A DNA stretch of 64,000 nucleotides from Candidatus Moraniibacteriota bacterium (lineage in GTDB: Bacteria > Patescibacteriota > Minisyncoccia > Moranbacterales > UBA1568): contig JAUSGT010000003.1 in the NCBI GenBank assembly GCA_030648835.1, positions 65,307 through 129,306 of the forward strand, in the 5' to 3' direction. This document shows positions 8,894 to 18,879 of this stretch, piece by piece. Under the pieces are notes generated by a model that worked only from the letters and a program-made list of their open reading frames with translations, searched no databases and was not told the origin of the DNA. The translations under genes were made by a program, and so were the position numbers. Within the stretch, counting starts at the first letter, position 1. Each line of letters starts with the position of its first letter.

Positions 8894-10519
8894 ATGTCTC
8901 TATTGAACCAGCTGCGACAGTGGCGGAATAACCAGGCGCGCATCGAGGGCGTAGATACTTTTCGTGTGCTTCCGAATGCCGCTTTGGAGGCGTTGACAGG
9001 AACTTTGCCGAAAAATAAGGAAGAAATGCTTGCCATCAAAGGTATCAAAGAAGCCAAATATCGGAAGTATGGAGTGACTTTGTTGAGTATCATCAAAGAA
9101 CACTCTCACTCTTCTGTCATTCCCGTCCTCCAGTCGGCGGATAAACATCCGGCGGGAATCCAGAAAGAAAAATCCTGGATCCCCGATCAAGTCGGGGATG
9201 ACAAAAATAATTTGGAAGTTCAACTGCCAAATTCTTTGGATGATGAAAAAAAACAAGAAGAAGATCAGACGCTTTCCGTCAGTCAGTTCCTCGATGGCTT
9301 GAACGTAGAGCTCTCAGGGATGGCTTCACGAGTACAGGGTGAAGTATCGAGCGTGGATATCCGTCAGCGAGTGATATATTTCACCATCAAAGACAGTCAG
9401 GACGAAAGTACCCTCAATTGTCTCATCTTTCGTTACCAGTATGATGTTTCCGGGGTAGAGATTGCCCAGGGGGACGAGGTTATTGTGGAAGGCGTTCCGG
9501 AAATTTACAAACCGAGTGGGCGCTTGAGTCTGAAAGTCGGCGTCATCGAACTGTTTGGTGAGGGGGCGCTCAAGAAAGCCTATGAAGCGCTGAAAGCAAG
9601 GTTGGAACAAGCAGGGATGTTTGCCTCGGAACGCAAACGCCCGCTTCCGGAATTTCCCGAGCGTATTGCGCTTATTACTTCAGAGCAGGGCGCGGCTATC
9701 GGAGACTTTACGATGAATTTGGGGAGGCAGGGTTTCAAAGTGGATTTTTATCCGGTCAGCGTCGAAGGGAAAAAAGCGGTGTTTGAAATTATCAAAGCCA
9801 TACGGTATTTTGATCAACACTTCAAAAAATATGATGTGTTGGTAATCGTGCGCGGCGGCGGAAGTTTGGAAAGTCTGCAAGCGTTCAACAATGAAGCTCT
9901 CGTTCGCGAAATAGCCCAGTCGAAGATCCCGACTCTGCTTGGGGTCGGTCACGAAAAAGATGTCACACTGGCCGCGCTCGTCGCCGATATGATGGTGTCG
10001 ACCCCCACGGCGACCGCCAAACAACTGCGTTTGCATTTTGACGAGGCCAGACAACTCCTACGTCACTTCGAAGTCCAGTTGCCGACGTTGTTTCGAGAGA
10101 TGCTGGCGGATGTCGGGAATGTACTGGCGAGAGAGAGCGAGGCGTTACTTGGATATCTGCATGATTTTCGTGAAATAGTAGCGACATTGCGGCAGGATTT
10201 GACCGAGAGACTGTTCCTTATTCGAGCGGCGATAGAGCAGAAAGTCGAGTTGCTCAGGCAAGGAAAGAAAAGTTTGGAAAATGGATTTGGAGCTATTTTG
10301 GAACGGGTCACGGAGCGTATCTTGCACGTGGGCGAACGTTTGGAACAGTATGATCCGAAACAAGTATTGAAGTTGGGGTATAGTCTGGTGCGGAAGGGGA
10401 CAAGGGTGGTAAAGAATATTTCGGATATGCGGATTGGTGATATACTGGACATACAACTGAGTCATGGAAAAATGAATGCGAAGGTGGAAGAGATTTTCGA
10501 CGCTCCCGTGTCGTCCTGA
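8894..10519 (+). CDS. xseA: Exodeoxyribonuclease VII large subunit with N-terminal HRDC domain
   Basis: OB fold (SVSQF..GEVS..YFTIKD), ITS..GAAIGD, RGGGSLESL, GVGHEKD; N-term LRQWR..AR......VL..AL..L....P.....L.IKGI...K..KYG. Confidence 0.93.
   Translation: MSLLNQLRQWRNNQARIEGVDTFRVLPNAALEALTGTLPKNKEEMLAIKGIKEAKYRKYGVTLLSIIKEHSHSSVIPVLQSADKHPAGIQKEKSWIPDQVGDDKNNLEVQLPNSLDDEKKQEEDQTLSVSQFLDGLNVELSGMASRVQGEVSSVDIRQRVIYFTIKDSQDESTLNCLIFRYQYDVSGVEIAQGDEVIVEGVPEIYKPSGRLSLKVGVIELFGEGALKKAYEALKARLEQAGMFASERKRPLPEFPERIALITSEQGAAIGDFTMNLGRQGFKVDFYPVSVEGKKAVFEIIKAIRYFDQHFKKYDVLVIVRGGGSLESLQAFNNEALVREIAQSKIPTLLGVGHEKDVTLAALVADMMVSTPTATAKQLRLHFDEARQLLRHFEVQLPTLFREMLADVGNVLARESEALLGYLHDFREIVATLRQDLTERLFLIRAAIEQKVELLRQGKKSLENGFGAILERVTERILHVGERLEQYDPKQVLKLGYSLVRKGTRVVKNISDMRIGDILDIQLSHGKMNAKVEEIFDAPVSS
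9115..9203 (+). repeat. GTCAT...ATGAC palindromic element, in frame in xseA linker
   Basis: TGTCATTCCCG..GCGGGAATCCA..TGGATCCCCGATCAAGTCGGGGATGACA. Confidence 0.85.
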
Positions 10520-10613
10520 ACGCAGTGAAGCCTGCCTGCCGGCGGACAGGGATCCCGCTGTACGAGAGGGAAACCCTCTATCTACGAGATTCTTCGTTTC
10601 GCTCAGAATGACA
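10509..10613. repeat. GTC(A/G)T...ATGAC palindromic element overlapping xseA stop, with nested CCTGCC..ACAGG insert
   Basis: TGTCGTCCTGAACGCAGTGAAG...GAGATTCTTCGTTTCGCTCAGAATGACA; right arm matches the tgt element. Confidence 0.8.
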
Positions 10614-10660
10614 GGTGCTATGAAATGCGTAATTTTTATAATTAAACAGTAATAATTCTT

Positions 10661-10861
10661 ATGCCAAAAGTAAATCTGAGCGATTCTTTGAAAAAAGTGC
10701 AGGAAATCATTCACTGGTTCGATAATCAAGAAGAAGTGGATGTGGAAAAAGGATTGGAAAAAATCAAAGAGGGGACAGTTCTCATCAAAGAGAGCCGGAC
10801 GCGTTTGAAAGAAATCGAAAATGAGTTCGAGGTGGTGAAAAAAGAATTGGAAAAAGAATGA
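10661..10861 (+). CDS. xseB: Exodeoxyribonuclease VII small subunit
   Basis: 66-aa helical protein after xseA; L..I..WF...E.DVEKGL....EG..LIK..R.RL..IE. Confidence 0.85.
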   Translation: MPKVNLSDSLKKVQEIIHWFDNQEEVDVEKGLEKIKEGTVLIKESRTRLKEIENEFEVVKKELEKE

Positions 10862-10965
10862 TTTATGAGTATAGATTTTTGATTTTAGAATCTGTCGCTA
10901 TTCATGAATCTTAAATCCTCTTTCAAATGTGTTGAAGTTTCTAAAAAGAAAATAATGGTTATTTG

Positions 10966-11036
10966 CCCGATTTTACCGGCACTGCGCTCGGAAACGAAAG
11001 TTTACTTTCGTTTCGCTCACTTCGTTTGGTAATAAA
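10966..11036. repeat. Dispersed repeat CCCGATTTTAC...CTCACTTCGTTTGGTAATAAA, copy 1 with 29-bp nested hairpin
   Basis: Aligns to 26346-26387 apart from the insertion. Confidence 0.8.
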
Positions 11037-11069
11037 GAAAAAAGTGTAAAAATAAATAAGGAGGAGGGT

Positions 11070-12776
11070 ATGAAACGTTTTTCAGGAGATATTTCTCTCG
11101 TTTTGGGAGGGGCGGCCGGTATGGGGGTGCAGACCGTCGAAGCTCTTTTGGTCCAAGTACTCAAGCGCGAAGGCTACCATGTTTTTGCGAGCAAAGAGTA
11201 TATGTCGCGCATCCGCGGCGGGAGTAATTCGACGGAAATCAGGCTCACCGACAAGAAAAGGAGTGCGTTTGTCAAACGCATTGATTTTCTCTTTGCGATG
11301 GACAAAGATGTGATACCACATCTCAAGGGGCGGATCTCGAAAGAGACTATCGTTTTAGGCGAACGGGAGAAAGTGTGTGGGGCAGCCCCGGAGTGTCATG
11401 CCATCGATATCCCTTTTACCCGTTTTGCTAACGAACTCGGCAATCCTCTTTACACGAGTACGGTAGCGGTTGGAGTGGCTCTGGGCATTTTGCGCGCCGA
11501 TGAAGGGGTTTTTGAAAACTACTTACGGGAACATTTTGCTCGCAAAGGTGAGGAAGTGGTAAAGAAAAATATTGAAGCGGCAGAGAAAGGCTATGCGTTC
11601 GGCAAACATATCGCATATCATGAAGGGATTGAAGTTCGTCTTACCAAGAGCAAGGCGGTAGAAAGTGAAATTTTGCTCGATGGGACGGAAGCCCTCGGTC
11701 TCGGTGTGTTGGCGGCAGGTTGCAATTATATTTCTTCCTATCCGATGTCACCGGGGACGGGACTACTCACTTTTTTGGCTGAGCACAGTAAAGATTTTGG
11801 CGTGGTCGTCGATCAGGCGGAAGATGAAATCGCCGCCATCAATCAGGGATTGGGGGCATGGTACGCCGGAGCGCGAGCCATTGTTACCACGTCAGGTGGT
11901 GGCTTCGATCTGATGGTGGAGGGAGTCAGTCTCTCAGGGATTATTGAAACACCCATTGTTGTGCACGTGGGTCAGCGTCCCGGACCGGCGACGGGATTGC
12001 CTACTCGCACCGAACAGGCCGACCTCAATCTGGTTTTGTATGCCGGACACGGAGAATTTCCCCGCGCTATTTTTACTCCAGGTACGGGAGAGGAAGCTTT
12101 TCTCATCGCACAGCAAGCATTCTATATCGCTGACAAGTATCAGGTCCCCGTTTTTATTCTGACGGACCAGTATTTTTTGGATTCGGTCCGGAGTTTCAAA
12201 GAAAATGGTTTGCAGAAAATACAGTCAGAGAATTTCATTATTGAAACCAAAGCAGGTTATAAGCGCTATGCCATCACTGCTGATGGAGTTTCTCCGCGCG
12301 GGGTACCGGGGTATGGCGATGGACTGGTCGGTATCGATAGCGATGAACACGATGAGGACGCCCATATCACGGAGAGTGCAAAGATGCGTGTTCTCATGCA
12401 TGAAAAGCGTTGGCGTAAAATGGAGGGCGTTCGTGATGAGGCGTTTCTTCCGACAGAAATCGGGGATGTAGCGCGCGCGGATATTATTATTGTTTCTTGG
12501 GGATCGAACCGAGGCGTCATAGAAGAGGCTCTCGAGATGGTAAAGCGGGATGATGTGGCTGGACTGCATTTCCATCAAGTCTATCCGTTGCCGAAAAAAG
12601 TGAAAAAACTTCTGATGAAGAAAAAGATTGTTGTTTTGGAAAATAATTTTTCCGGGCAATTCACCAATCTTCTGAAACTCGAATACGGAGTCAAAATTAC
12701 GGATACCATTCTCAAGTATGACGGTGACCCATTTTCGGTAGAGGAAGTGGTTGAAAAACTAAAAGCTATAAGCTAA
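11070..12776 (+). CDS. korA: 2-oxoacid:ferredoxin oxidoreductase alpha subunit (gamma-alpha fusion)
   Basis: GGAAGMGV, SRIRGG, YPMSP, EDEIAA, TTSGGG, QRPGPATGLPT; AGGAGG SD. Confidence 0.93.
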   Translation: MKRFSGDISLVLGGAAGMGVQTVEALLVQVLKREGYHVFASKEYMSRIRGGSNSTEIRLTDKKRSAFVKRIDFLFAMDKDVIPHLKGRISKETIVLGEREKVCGAAPECHAIDIPFTRFANELGNPLYTSTVAVGVALGILRADEGVFENYLREHFARKGEEVVKKNIEAAEKGYAFGKHIAYHEGIEVRLTKSKAVESEILLDGTEALGLGVLAAGCNYISSYPMSPGTGLLTFLAEHSKDFGVVVDQAEDEIAAINQGLGAWYAGARAIVTTSGGGFDLMVEGVSLSGIIETPIVVHVGQRPGPATGLPTRTEQADLNLVLYAGHGEFPRAIFTPGTGEEAFLIAQQAFYIADKYQVPVFILTDQYFLDSVRSFKENGLQKIQSENFIIETKAGYKRYAITADGVSPRGVPGYGDGLVGIDSDEHDEDAHITESAKMRVLMHEKRWRKMEGVRDEAFLPTEIGDVARADIIIVSWGSNRGVIEEALEMVKRDDVAGLHFHQVYPLPKKVKKLLMKKKIVVLENNFSGQFTNLLKLEYGVKITDTILKYDGDPFSVEEVVEKLKAIS

Positions 12777-12789
12777 CGGCTAAAAGCTG

Positions 12790-13653
12790 ATGAGTATGAT
12801 TGATAAAAAATTATATGATATGCCGCAGGGGACGGATATGGCTTGGTGTCCGGGGTGTGGTAATTTTCCTATTCTCAATATTGTGAAAATGGCATTTGCA
12901 GAACTCGATATCAAGCCACAGGACGCGGTTATTTGTTCCGGTATCGGTCAGGCCGCCAAGACACCGCACTATTTGCGTGTGAACTACTTCAATGGTCTGC
13001 ATGGCAGGGCATTGCCTCCGGCCATCGCCATCAAAGTAACTAATCCCAAGTTGACGGTCATCGCCGAGAGCGGTGATGGGGATACCTATGGTGAGGGGGG
13101 CAATCATTTCATGCATACCATACGACGTAATCCCGATATCACAAACATCGTGCATGACAATATGATTTATGGTTTGACCAAGGGTCAGGCGTCGCCGACG
13201 TCCGAAAAGGGTATGAAAAATCCCATTCAGAAAGAAGGGGTCATTGTGGAGCAGTTCAACCCGCTGGCGGTGGCGTTGTCACTTGACGCGACATTCGTGG
13301 CGCGGGCCTTTACCGGAGATATTCTTCAGACGAAAGATATCATCAAGGCCGCTATTCTCCATAAGGGCTATGCTCTGGTGGACGTGTTCCAGCCGTGCGT
13401 CGTATACAACAAACAAAATACCTATCAATGGTTTAAGGAAAAAGGCTATTATGTGGATGGGAGCCACGATAAGACAGACAAAATGAAGGCAATGGAATTG
13501 GCGTTTGATCTCGAGCGTTTGGCACTCGGTATCATCTATCAGCGCGAAGGCAAGCCGACATACGAAACGCTGGTACGGGAGGGGAGTGAGCCGCTGTATG
13601 AAAAATCTTTTGATAAGGCAGCGCTCGAAAACCTCATCGATACATATAAGTAA
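12790..13653 (+). CDS. korB: 2-oxoacid:ferredoxin oxidoreductase beta subunit
   Basis: WCPGCGN, SGIG, LHGR, GDGD TPP motif, YGLTKGQASPT, QPC. Confidence 0.93.
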   Translation: MSMIDKKLYDMPQGTDMAWCPGCGNFPILNIVKMAFAELDIKPQDAVICSGIGQAAKTPHYLRVNYFNGLHGRALPPAIAIKVTNPKLTVIAESGDGDTYGEGGNHFMHTIRRNPDITNIVHDNMIYGLTKGQASPTSEKGMKNPIQKEGVIVEQFNPLAVALSLDATFVARAFTGDILQTKDIIKAAILHKGYALVDVFQPCVVYNKQNTYQWFKEKGYYVDGSHDKTDKMKAMELAFDLERLALGIIYQREGKPTYETLVREGSEPLYEKSFDKAALENLIDTYK

Positions 13654-13680
13654 AAACCACTCGGAATGAGTGGTTTTTTT
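13652..13680. terminator. Bidirectional terminator between korB and suf operon
   Basis: AAAAACCACTC-GGAAT-GAGTGGTTTTTTT. Confidence 0.8.
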
Positions 13681-13999
13681 AATCAAGGCCGAGTTGAATC
13701 TTAGCTTCCTCGGTCATTTTGTCGATGGTCCAAGGCGGGTCAAAGGTGAGATCAATTTTTACTTCATTGATTTCCGGAATTTCCATCACGCGATCCTCAA
13801 TTTCTTTCTGAATCTGCGCGAAGAGAGGGCAGCCAATCGTGGTCAAGGTCATCGTGATGACGCACACGCCTTCTTTGTTCGTGACGATTTCGTAGATGAG
13901 CCCCAGGTCCAAGATAGACACGCCCAGCTCAGGGTCGAGGACGAGTTTGAGCTTATCTTTGATTTGCTGTTCTAGATTTCCCCCTATTTTCTTTGGCAT
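13679..13999 (-). CDS. Fe-S assembly protein, DUF59/SufT/PaaD family
   Basis: DPELGVSILDLGLIY, TLTTIGCP, FDPPW; start at MPKKIGG. Confidence 0.9.
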   Translation of the reverse strand: MPKKIGGNLEQQIKDKLKLVLDPELGVSILDLGLIYEIVTNKEGVCVITMTLTTIGCPLFAQIQKEIEDRVMEIPEINEVKIDLTFDPPWTIDKMTEEAKIQLGLD

Positions 14000-14096
14000 A
14001 TTTTGGAAAGTATATATAAAAAGTAGCAAGGAGTAGGTAGCAAGAAGTAAGGAAAAACCCAGTCCTTGCTGCATTCTGCTTGCTACTCACTGCTTC

Positions 14097-14369
14097 TTAC
14101 TCGGGGAAGATAACTTTCCCCGTTTCATCTTTGATAATGATGGCGGCTACCGGACAGGCTCGGGCAGCGTTCAAGATCGTCTCTTGGTCGTCCTGGTCGA
14201 CCGTGGCGAGGATGGCGGCTTTGCCATCGTCATTCAAACCAAAGGTATTGGGAGCCATAGCGGTACAGGGTGCGGCGCCAATACAGGCGATGTTATCGAC
14301 TTCTACCGTCCAGCCATTCTTCAGTTTTATCGGGCCATGTGGTTTGGCATCGTCTTTCCATTGGGGCAT
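14097..14369 (-). CDS. Monocluster ferredoxin (3Fe-4S-like)
   Basis: CIGAAPC...APNTF...AARACPVAAI. Confidence 0.85.
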   Translation of the reverse strand: MPQWKDDAKPHGPIKLKNGWTVEVDNIACIGAAPCTAMAPNTFGLNDDGKAAILATVDQDDQETILNAARACPVAAIIIKDETGKVIFPE

Positions 14370-14386
14370 AGAGTTTTTGTTACGAT

Positions 14387-14752
14387 TTACCTTTTATGAC
14401 GTAGAGCGCTCTTAAGTGTTTCAAGCGAGAGAAGACCGCATTTCAGCCGATTGGGAGAAAGCCCCATATTCAAAAGCTCGAGAACATCTTTTGGTTCCAT
14501 GGAGAGCGCTTCTTTGATAGGCTTTTTCTTCACTGCTTCAGTAAGGAGTGAAGCGGAAGCCTGGGAAATAGCGCATCCGGAACCGGAAAACTTTACATCC
14601 TTTATGATATCATTTTTGACGATTATGTCCATTTGCAGGGTGTCTCCGCAGAGCGGGTTGCTCCCCGCGGCACGGTGAGTCGCTTTTTTTAGCGTCCCGT
14701 GGTTACGCGGATTGCGATAGTGGTCGAGGATGAGATCTTGATAGAGAGACAT
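14387..14752 (-). CDS. sufU: SufU/NifU-like Fe-S scaffold or sulfur-transfer protein
   Basis: LYQDLILDHY.NPRN, NPLCGD, GCAISQASAS, RLKC. Confidence 0.92.
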   Translation of the reverse strand: MSLYQDLILDHYRNPRNHGTLKKATHRAAGSNPLCGDTLQMDIIVKNDIIKDVKFSGSGCAISQASASLLTEAVKKKPIKEALSMEPKDVLELLNMGLSPNRLKCGLLSLETLKSALRHKR

Positions 14753-14757
14753 AGATG

Positions 14758-14865
14758 AAATTTCTAATTACCAATATCTAATTTCTAATGAAGTACCTAA
14801 TGTCATAATTTTGAAATTTGTCATTGAGATTTTTGTTAGAAATTAGTAATTAGGTATTAGACATT
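14758..14865. repeat. Inverted pair of 7-bp arrays (TCTAAT-type / ATTAG-type), overlapping sufS stop
   Basis: TTTCTAATTACCAATATCTAATTTCTAA ... TTAGAAATTAGTAATTAGGTATTAGACA. Confidence 0.7.
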
Positions 14866-16133
14866 ATCTCGCTTATTTCTTCTAGCCTAGCAACTAATTT
14901 ATCTATATCCTTCTCATCATTATAGATTGAGAGGCTTACCCGTGTCGTGGCGTTGAGATGGAACTTCCGGTGCAGCGGAGCGGCACAGTGTTCACCGGCG
15001 CGGACGCAGATGTTTCGTTCGCCCAAGAGCTGTGCGATATCGTGAGGATGAATGTCCTTGAGCGAGAATGCGACAATTCCTCCGCGCTCACTCGCTTCCC
15101 CCGGACCGATAATCCGAATATGTTTGCCAAAGGTCTCTCGCAAACGTTTCAAGGTATATGCTGTCAAAGCCGTTTCATGGACACGAATATTCTCACGGCC
15201 GATATTTTCGATATATTTTATAGCCGCTCCGAGCGCGATCACGCCTCCGATGTTTTGTGTCCCGGCTTCGAAACAGTATGGGCTTTCTCTATAGAGCGTT
15301 TTTTTTGCACAGGCATCGAGCACCATACCTCCGCCAAATATAACCGGGCGGAGTGTTTCGAGCAGGGTTTTCTTCCCATAGAGAATGCCGACCCCGGTTG
15401 TGCCGAACATCTTGTGAGCGGAGAATGCGACAAAATCCGCATTCCACTTGGAAACGTCCATGGGAGCATGGCCTATGGCTTGAGCGGCATCTATGAGAAT
15501 GATAGTTTTCGGATTGATGCTTTTGATCATGGCTACGATTTCGGAAACCGGACTGATGGTTCCCAGTACGTTTGAAACGGCGGAAAAAGCCACCACCCGG
15601 GTGTGGTCATCGATAGAATTTCGGAGTGCCTCAAGATCAATCAGTCCGTCTTCTGTGATAGGGACAACCCGGAAGGTGGCATCTTTCGCGCGGGCGAGCT
15701 CTTTCCATGGAAGGAAATTGGAATGGTGTTCCAACTCCGTCGTGACGATATTTGCTTTTGTCATCCCGGACTTGATCCGGGATCTAGATTCTGGCTCGTC
15801 GGCCGGAATGGCAGAGAAAAGAGATTTTTCAATGAGTTGAGCAACAAGATTGATGGAAGCGGTCGTCCCGGCGGTAAAAACGATTTCTTGGGGGCCTTTG
15901 GCGCCAATGAAGGCAGAAACTTGTTTGCGGACAGCCTCAAATTTTTCCGTAGCTGTTTCCGCCAGCGGATACAGACCACGTCCGACGTTGGAGGAGTACT
16001 GTTCCAGATATTCTTTTTCGGCATCGATCACCGCTTGTGGTTTGAGGGTTGTTGCGGCCGAGTCCAAGTACACCAGATCCGGATGATGGGTGAAAATAGG
16101 AAAATCAAGTTTTATAATTTTTGAGCTGAGCAT
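14850..16133 (-). CDS. sufS: Cysteine desulfurase (group II)
   Basis: YLDSAATT, EHHSN, DAAQ, SAHKM, EAGT, RAGEHCA. Confidence 0.95.
   Translation of the reverse strand: MLSSKIIKLDFPIFTHHPDLVYLDSAATTLKPQAVIDAEKEYLEQYSSNVGRGLYPLAETATEKFEAVRKQVSAFIGAKGPQEIVFTAGTTASINLVAQLIEKSLFSAIPADEPESRSRIKSGMTKANIVTTELEHHSNFLPWKELARAKDATFRVVPITEDGLIDLEALRNSIDDHTRVVAFSAVSNVLGTISPVSEIVAMIKSINPKTIILIDAAQAIGHAPMDVSKWNADFVAFSAHKMFGTTGVGILYGKKTLLETLRPVIFGGGMVLDACAKKTLYRESPYCFEAGTQNIGGVIALGAAIKYIENIGRENIRVHETALTAYTLKRLRETFGKHIRIIGPGEASERGGIVAFSLKDIHPHDIAQLLGERNICVRAGEHCAAPLHRKFHLNATTRVSLSIYNDEKDIDKLVARLEEISEIMSNT
15759..15813 (-). repeat. GTCAT...ATGAC element in frame in sufS (AIPADEPESRSRIKSGMT)
   Basis: Minus strand TGCCATTCCGGCCGACGAGCCAGAATCTAGATCCCGGATCAAGTCCGGGATGACA, near-identical to the mutY copy. 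Confidence 0.9.
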
Positions 16134-16156
16134 AGTCTTGTAAAAATTTCTAATTT

Positions 16157-16744
16157 CTAATACCTAATTCCTAATATCTTTTTTATCTCTACTATATCAA
16201 CTCCCAATTTCTCCATCTTCTGAAGAGCATCGTTGAAAAAACCATCAATAAGAAGTTTTGTCGCTTGTGTTTTAGAAAGCCCGCGCGACTCTGCGAAAAA
16301 GAGAGACTCCTGACTTATGGGGCCGGCAGTGGCGGCGTGTCGGCAGCGCACATCATTGGCCAGAATTTCCAGCGTCGGTTTCAGAGAGACTTTGGTATTG
16401 GGGGAGAGAAGAATAGCACGGCTTTCTTGTGAAGCATCGCCTTGTATTGCTTGTTTGTTCATAAAGATAGATCCTTCGTAGGCGACTTCGGATTCATCGG
16501 AGAGAACGCTCTTGATGAGCGCGTGAGAAGTAGTTTTTGGCGCGAGGTGTTTTTGAAAAATTTTGAGCGTTGCCTTGTCGGTATTACGCCCAATAAAGAA
16601 AGAGAAAATATGAGCCTCCGCTCCGTGCCCCGCGAGTTCAATCGTGATAACTCCTGTACGATTGAGCATGAAGAACACACGCTTCTCGTTTGTTTTGAGA
16701 CGATAGAGTGGAGTTGCATCTTGTGAGATATCTTTATATTGCAT
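16157..16744 (-). CDS. sufD: Short SufD-like protein
   Basis: SufBD C-terminal region: KSVL, PTLEILANDVRCRHAAT, FF..SRG; operon position. Confidence 0.85.
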   Translation of the reverse strand: MQYKDISQDATPLYRLKTNEKRVFFMLNRTGVITIELAGHGAEAHIFSFFIGRNTDKATLKIFQKHLAPKTTSHALIKSVLSDESEVAYEGSIFMNKQAIQGDASQESRAILLSPNTKVSLKPTLEILANDVRCRHAATAGPISQESLFFAESRGLSKTQATKLLIDGFFNDALQKMEKLGVDIVEIKKILGIRY

Positions 16745-16749
16745 AAGCT

Positions 16750-18156
16750 TTATCCTACGCTTCCTTCCATTTCCATATTAATGAGTCGATTGAGTTCGAT
16801 GGAATATTCGAGAGGAATCTCTTTGACAATCGGATCGATGAAGCCGTTTACCAGGAGCCCCTCCGCGTCTTCTTTCTTGATACCGCGCGAAGTGAGATAG
16901 AAAAGTTTTTCCGCTCCGATTTTTTCCACTGTGGCCTCATGTTCGACGACAGCGCTCGGTTCCTGGATATTCATCGTGGGGTAGGTATCCGAACGGGAAA
17001 GGTCGTCGAGGAGAAGCGCATCGCAGACAACAGAGGCCTTGGCGTTTTTGGCTCCACGCCCAATGTGAATGAGTCCACGATAGGAAGTGCGTCCGCCGTC
17101 TTTGGAGACGGATTTGGAAATGACACGCGAGGTGGTATCCGGTGCGAGATGCACCATTTTGGCGCCGGCATCCTGGTGTTGCCCTTGACCGGCATAGGCG
17201 ATAGAGAGCACTTCTCCGTGAGCCCCGCGCCCCGTCAAGTAGACCGCCGGGTATTTCATAGTGATGCCGGAACCGATGTTGCAGTCCACCCACTCCATTA
17301 TGGCGTTTTCACCGGCCTGGGCTCTCTTGGTGACAAGGTTATAGATATTCTTGCTCCAGTTTTGAACGGTAGTATAGCGAACGCGGGCGTTTTTTTTCAC
17401 GAATATTTCTACGACAGCGGAATGCAACGAATTGGTGGTATAGATCGGCGCAGTGCAGCCCTCGATGTAGTGGACGTAGCTTCCTTCTTCAGCAATGATG
17501 AGCGTTCGTTCGAACTGACCAAAAGCTTCAGCATTGATGCGGAAATAGGCTTGGAGGGGAAGCTTCACGTGGACACCTTTGGGGATGTAGACGAACGAGC
17601 CGCCGGACCAGACGGCCGAGTTGAGAGCGGCGAATTTGTTATCGTGAGGCGGAATAAGCGTACTCATATATTCTTTGACAAGCACGGGATATTTTTTGAC
17701 AGCCGTGTCCATATCGCAGAAAATGACTCCCAGCTTGTTGAGCTCACGGTTAAAACTTTCGTAGACGACCTCGGACTCATACTGGGCCGAGACCCCGGCC
17801 AGGAATTTTTTTTCCGCTTCCGGTACGCCGATGCGGTCATAGGTTTCTTTAATCTCTTTTGGCAGATCATCCCAAGAGCGAGCCTGCTTGTCGGTAGCTT
17901 TGAGGTAATAGGTGATGGCTTCAAAATCGATTGGGGAAAGATCGGCGCCCCAACTTGGCAGAGGCTTTTTTTTGAATGTCTCATACGCGCGCAGGCGAAA
18001 ATCACGCATCCATTTTTGTTCGTTCTTGATAGTGGAGATCTCGGTTACGATCTTGGCAGTGAGACCGAGACCGGTTCTTCGGACGGAGCGCTCTGGCATG
18101 GCAAATCCATACTTATAATCACCGATGTCAACGGTTTTTTTCTTTACATTTTTCAT
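16750..18156 (-). CDS. sufB: Fe-S cluster assembly protein SufB
   Basis: AQYESE, WSGGSF, GQFERTLI, EGCTAP, HEATV, MEGSVG. Confidence 0.97.
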   Translation of the reverse strand: MKNVKKKTVDIGDYKYGFAMPERSVRRTGLGLTAKIVTEISTIKNEQKWMRDFRLRAYETFKKKPLPSWGADLSPIDFEAITYYLKATDKQARSWDDLPKEIKETYDRIGVPEAEKKFLAGVSAQYESEVVYESFNRELNKLGVIFCDMDTAVKKYPVLVKEYMSTLIPPHDNKFAALNSAVWSGGSFVYIPKGVHVKLPLQAYFRINAEAFGQFERTLIIAEEGSYVHYIEGCTAPIYTTNSLHSAVVEIFVKKNARVRYTTVQNWSKNIYNLVTKRAQAGENAIMEWVDCNIGSGITMKYPAVYLTGRGAHGEVLSIAYAGQGQHQDAGAKMVHLAPDTTSRVISKSVSKDGGRTSYRGLIHIGRGAKNAKASVVCDALLLDDLSRSDTYPTMNIQEPSAVVEHEATVEKIGAEKLFYLTSRGIKKEDAEGLLVNGFIDPIVKEIPLEYSIELNRLINMEMEGSVG

Positions 18157-18869
18157 GAGATTTTTTCAAAGCCTTCTCTCTCGATCTTCTTCGCCAGAGC
18201 GCCCTTGCCTGTTTTGACGAGGCGCCCTACCTTCATAATGAGGACTTCTTGTGGTTTGATATAGCGCAAAAGGCGCGTGGAGTGGGTAATGAACACAAGC
18301 GTGGTTTTTTTGGAGAGGTGTTTTTTTAAAAACCGGGAAATCGTTTTCAGAGCGTCCACATCAACGCCGGTGTCGATTTCATCGAACAGAGCGAACTGTG
18401 GTTTTAGGAGAACTGCCTGGAGAGCCTCAAGCTTTTTCTTTTCTCCACCGGAGAATCCGTCATTCAAGGATCGCTTCAGAAGCTCTTCTTTGATGTGAAG
18501 TTCTTTGGCATAGGCTTTCACTCGGCCGTGAAGTGTCACGGGATCAATCTGTTTTTCCAACGCCAGGCGCAGGAGTTCGAAGACGGTCACACCGGGGAGT
18601 GTCATGGGTGTTTGGAAGGAGAGAAATATTCCAAGCTTGGCGCGTTTATCAGGCGAGAGGTTTTTGATATTCTTACCACTGACGAGAATTTTTGATACGC
18701 GCGAGTACGTGATCTGGGGGTGCCCCATGATGGCGGCTGCCAGGGTGGATTTTCCGGATCCATTCGGACCCATAAGGGCGTAGGTTTTTCCTACGTGAAA
18801 ATCAAATGAGATATTGTCTAGAATTTTCTTGTCTTCGATAGAGACGGAAAGGTTTTTGATGTGTAGCAT
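18153..18869 (-). CDS. sufC: Fe-S assembly ATPase SufC
   Basis: MGPNGSGKST, NDGFSGGEKKK, DEIDTGVDVD; start MLHIKNL (ORF-track extension overlaps rrf2). Confidence 0.95.
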   Translation of the reverse strand: MLHIKNLSVSIEDKKILDNISFDFHVGKTYALMGPNGSGKSTLAAAIMGHPQITYSRVSKILVSGKNIKNLSPDKRAKLGIFLSFQTPMTLPGVTVFELLRLALEKQIDPVTLHGRVKAYAKELHIKEELLKRSLNDGFSGGEKKKLEALQAVLLKPQFALFDEIDTGVDVDALKTISRFLKKHLSKKTTLVFITHSTRLLRYIKPQEVLIMKVGRLVKTGKGALAKKIEREGFEKIS

Positions 18870-18879
18870 AGTATGGGCT

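Noticed and set aside
16939-18264. 441-aa plus-strand ORF
   Set aside because: Antisense to sufB; codon-register shadow.
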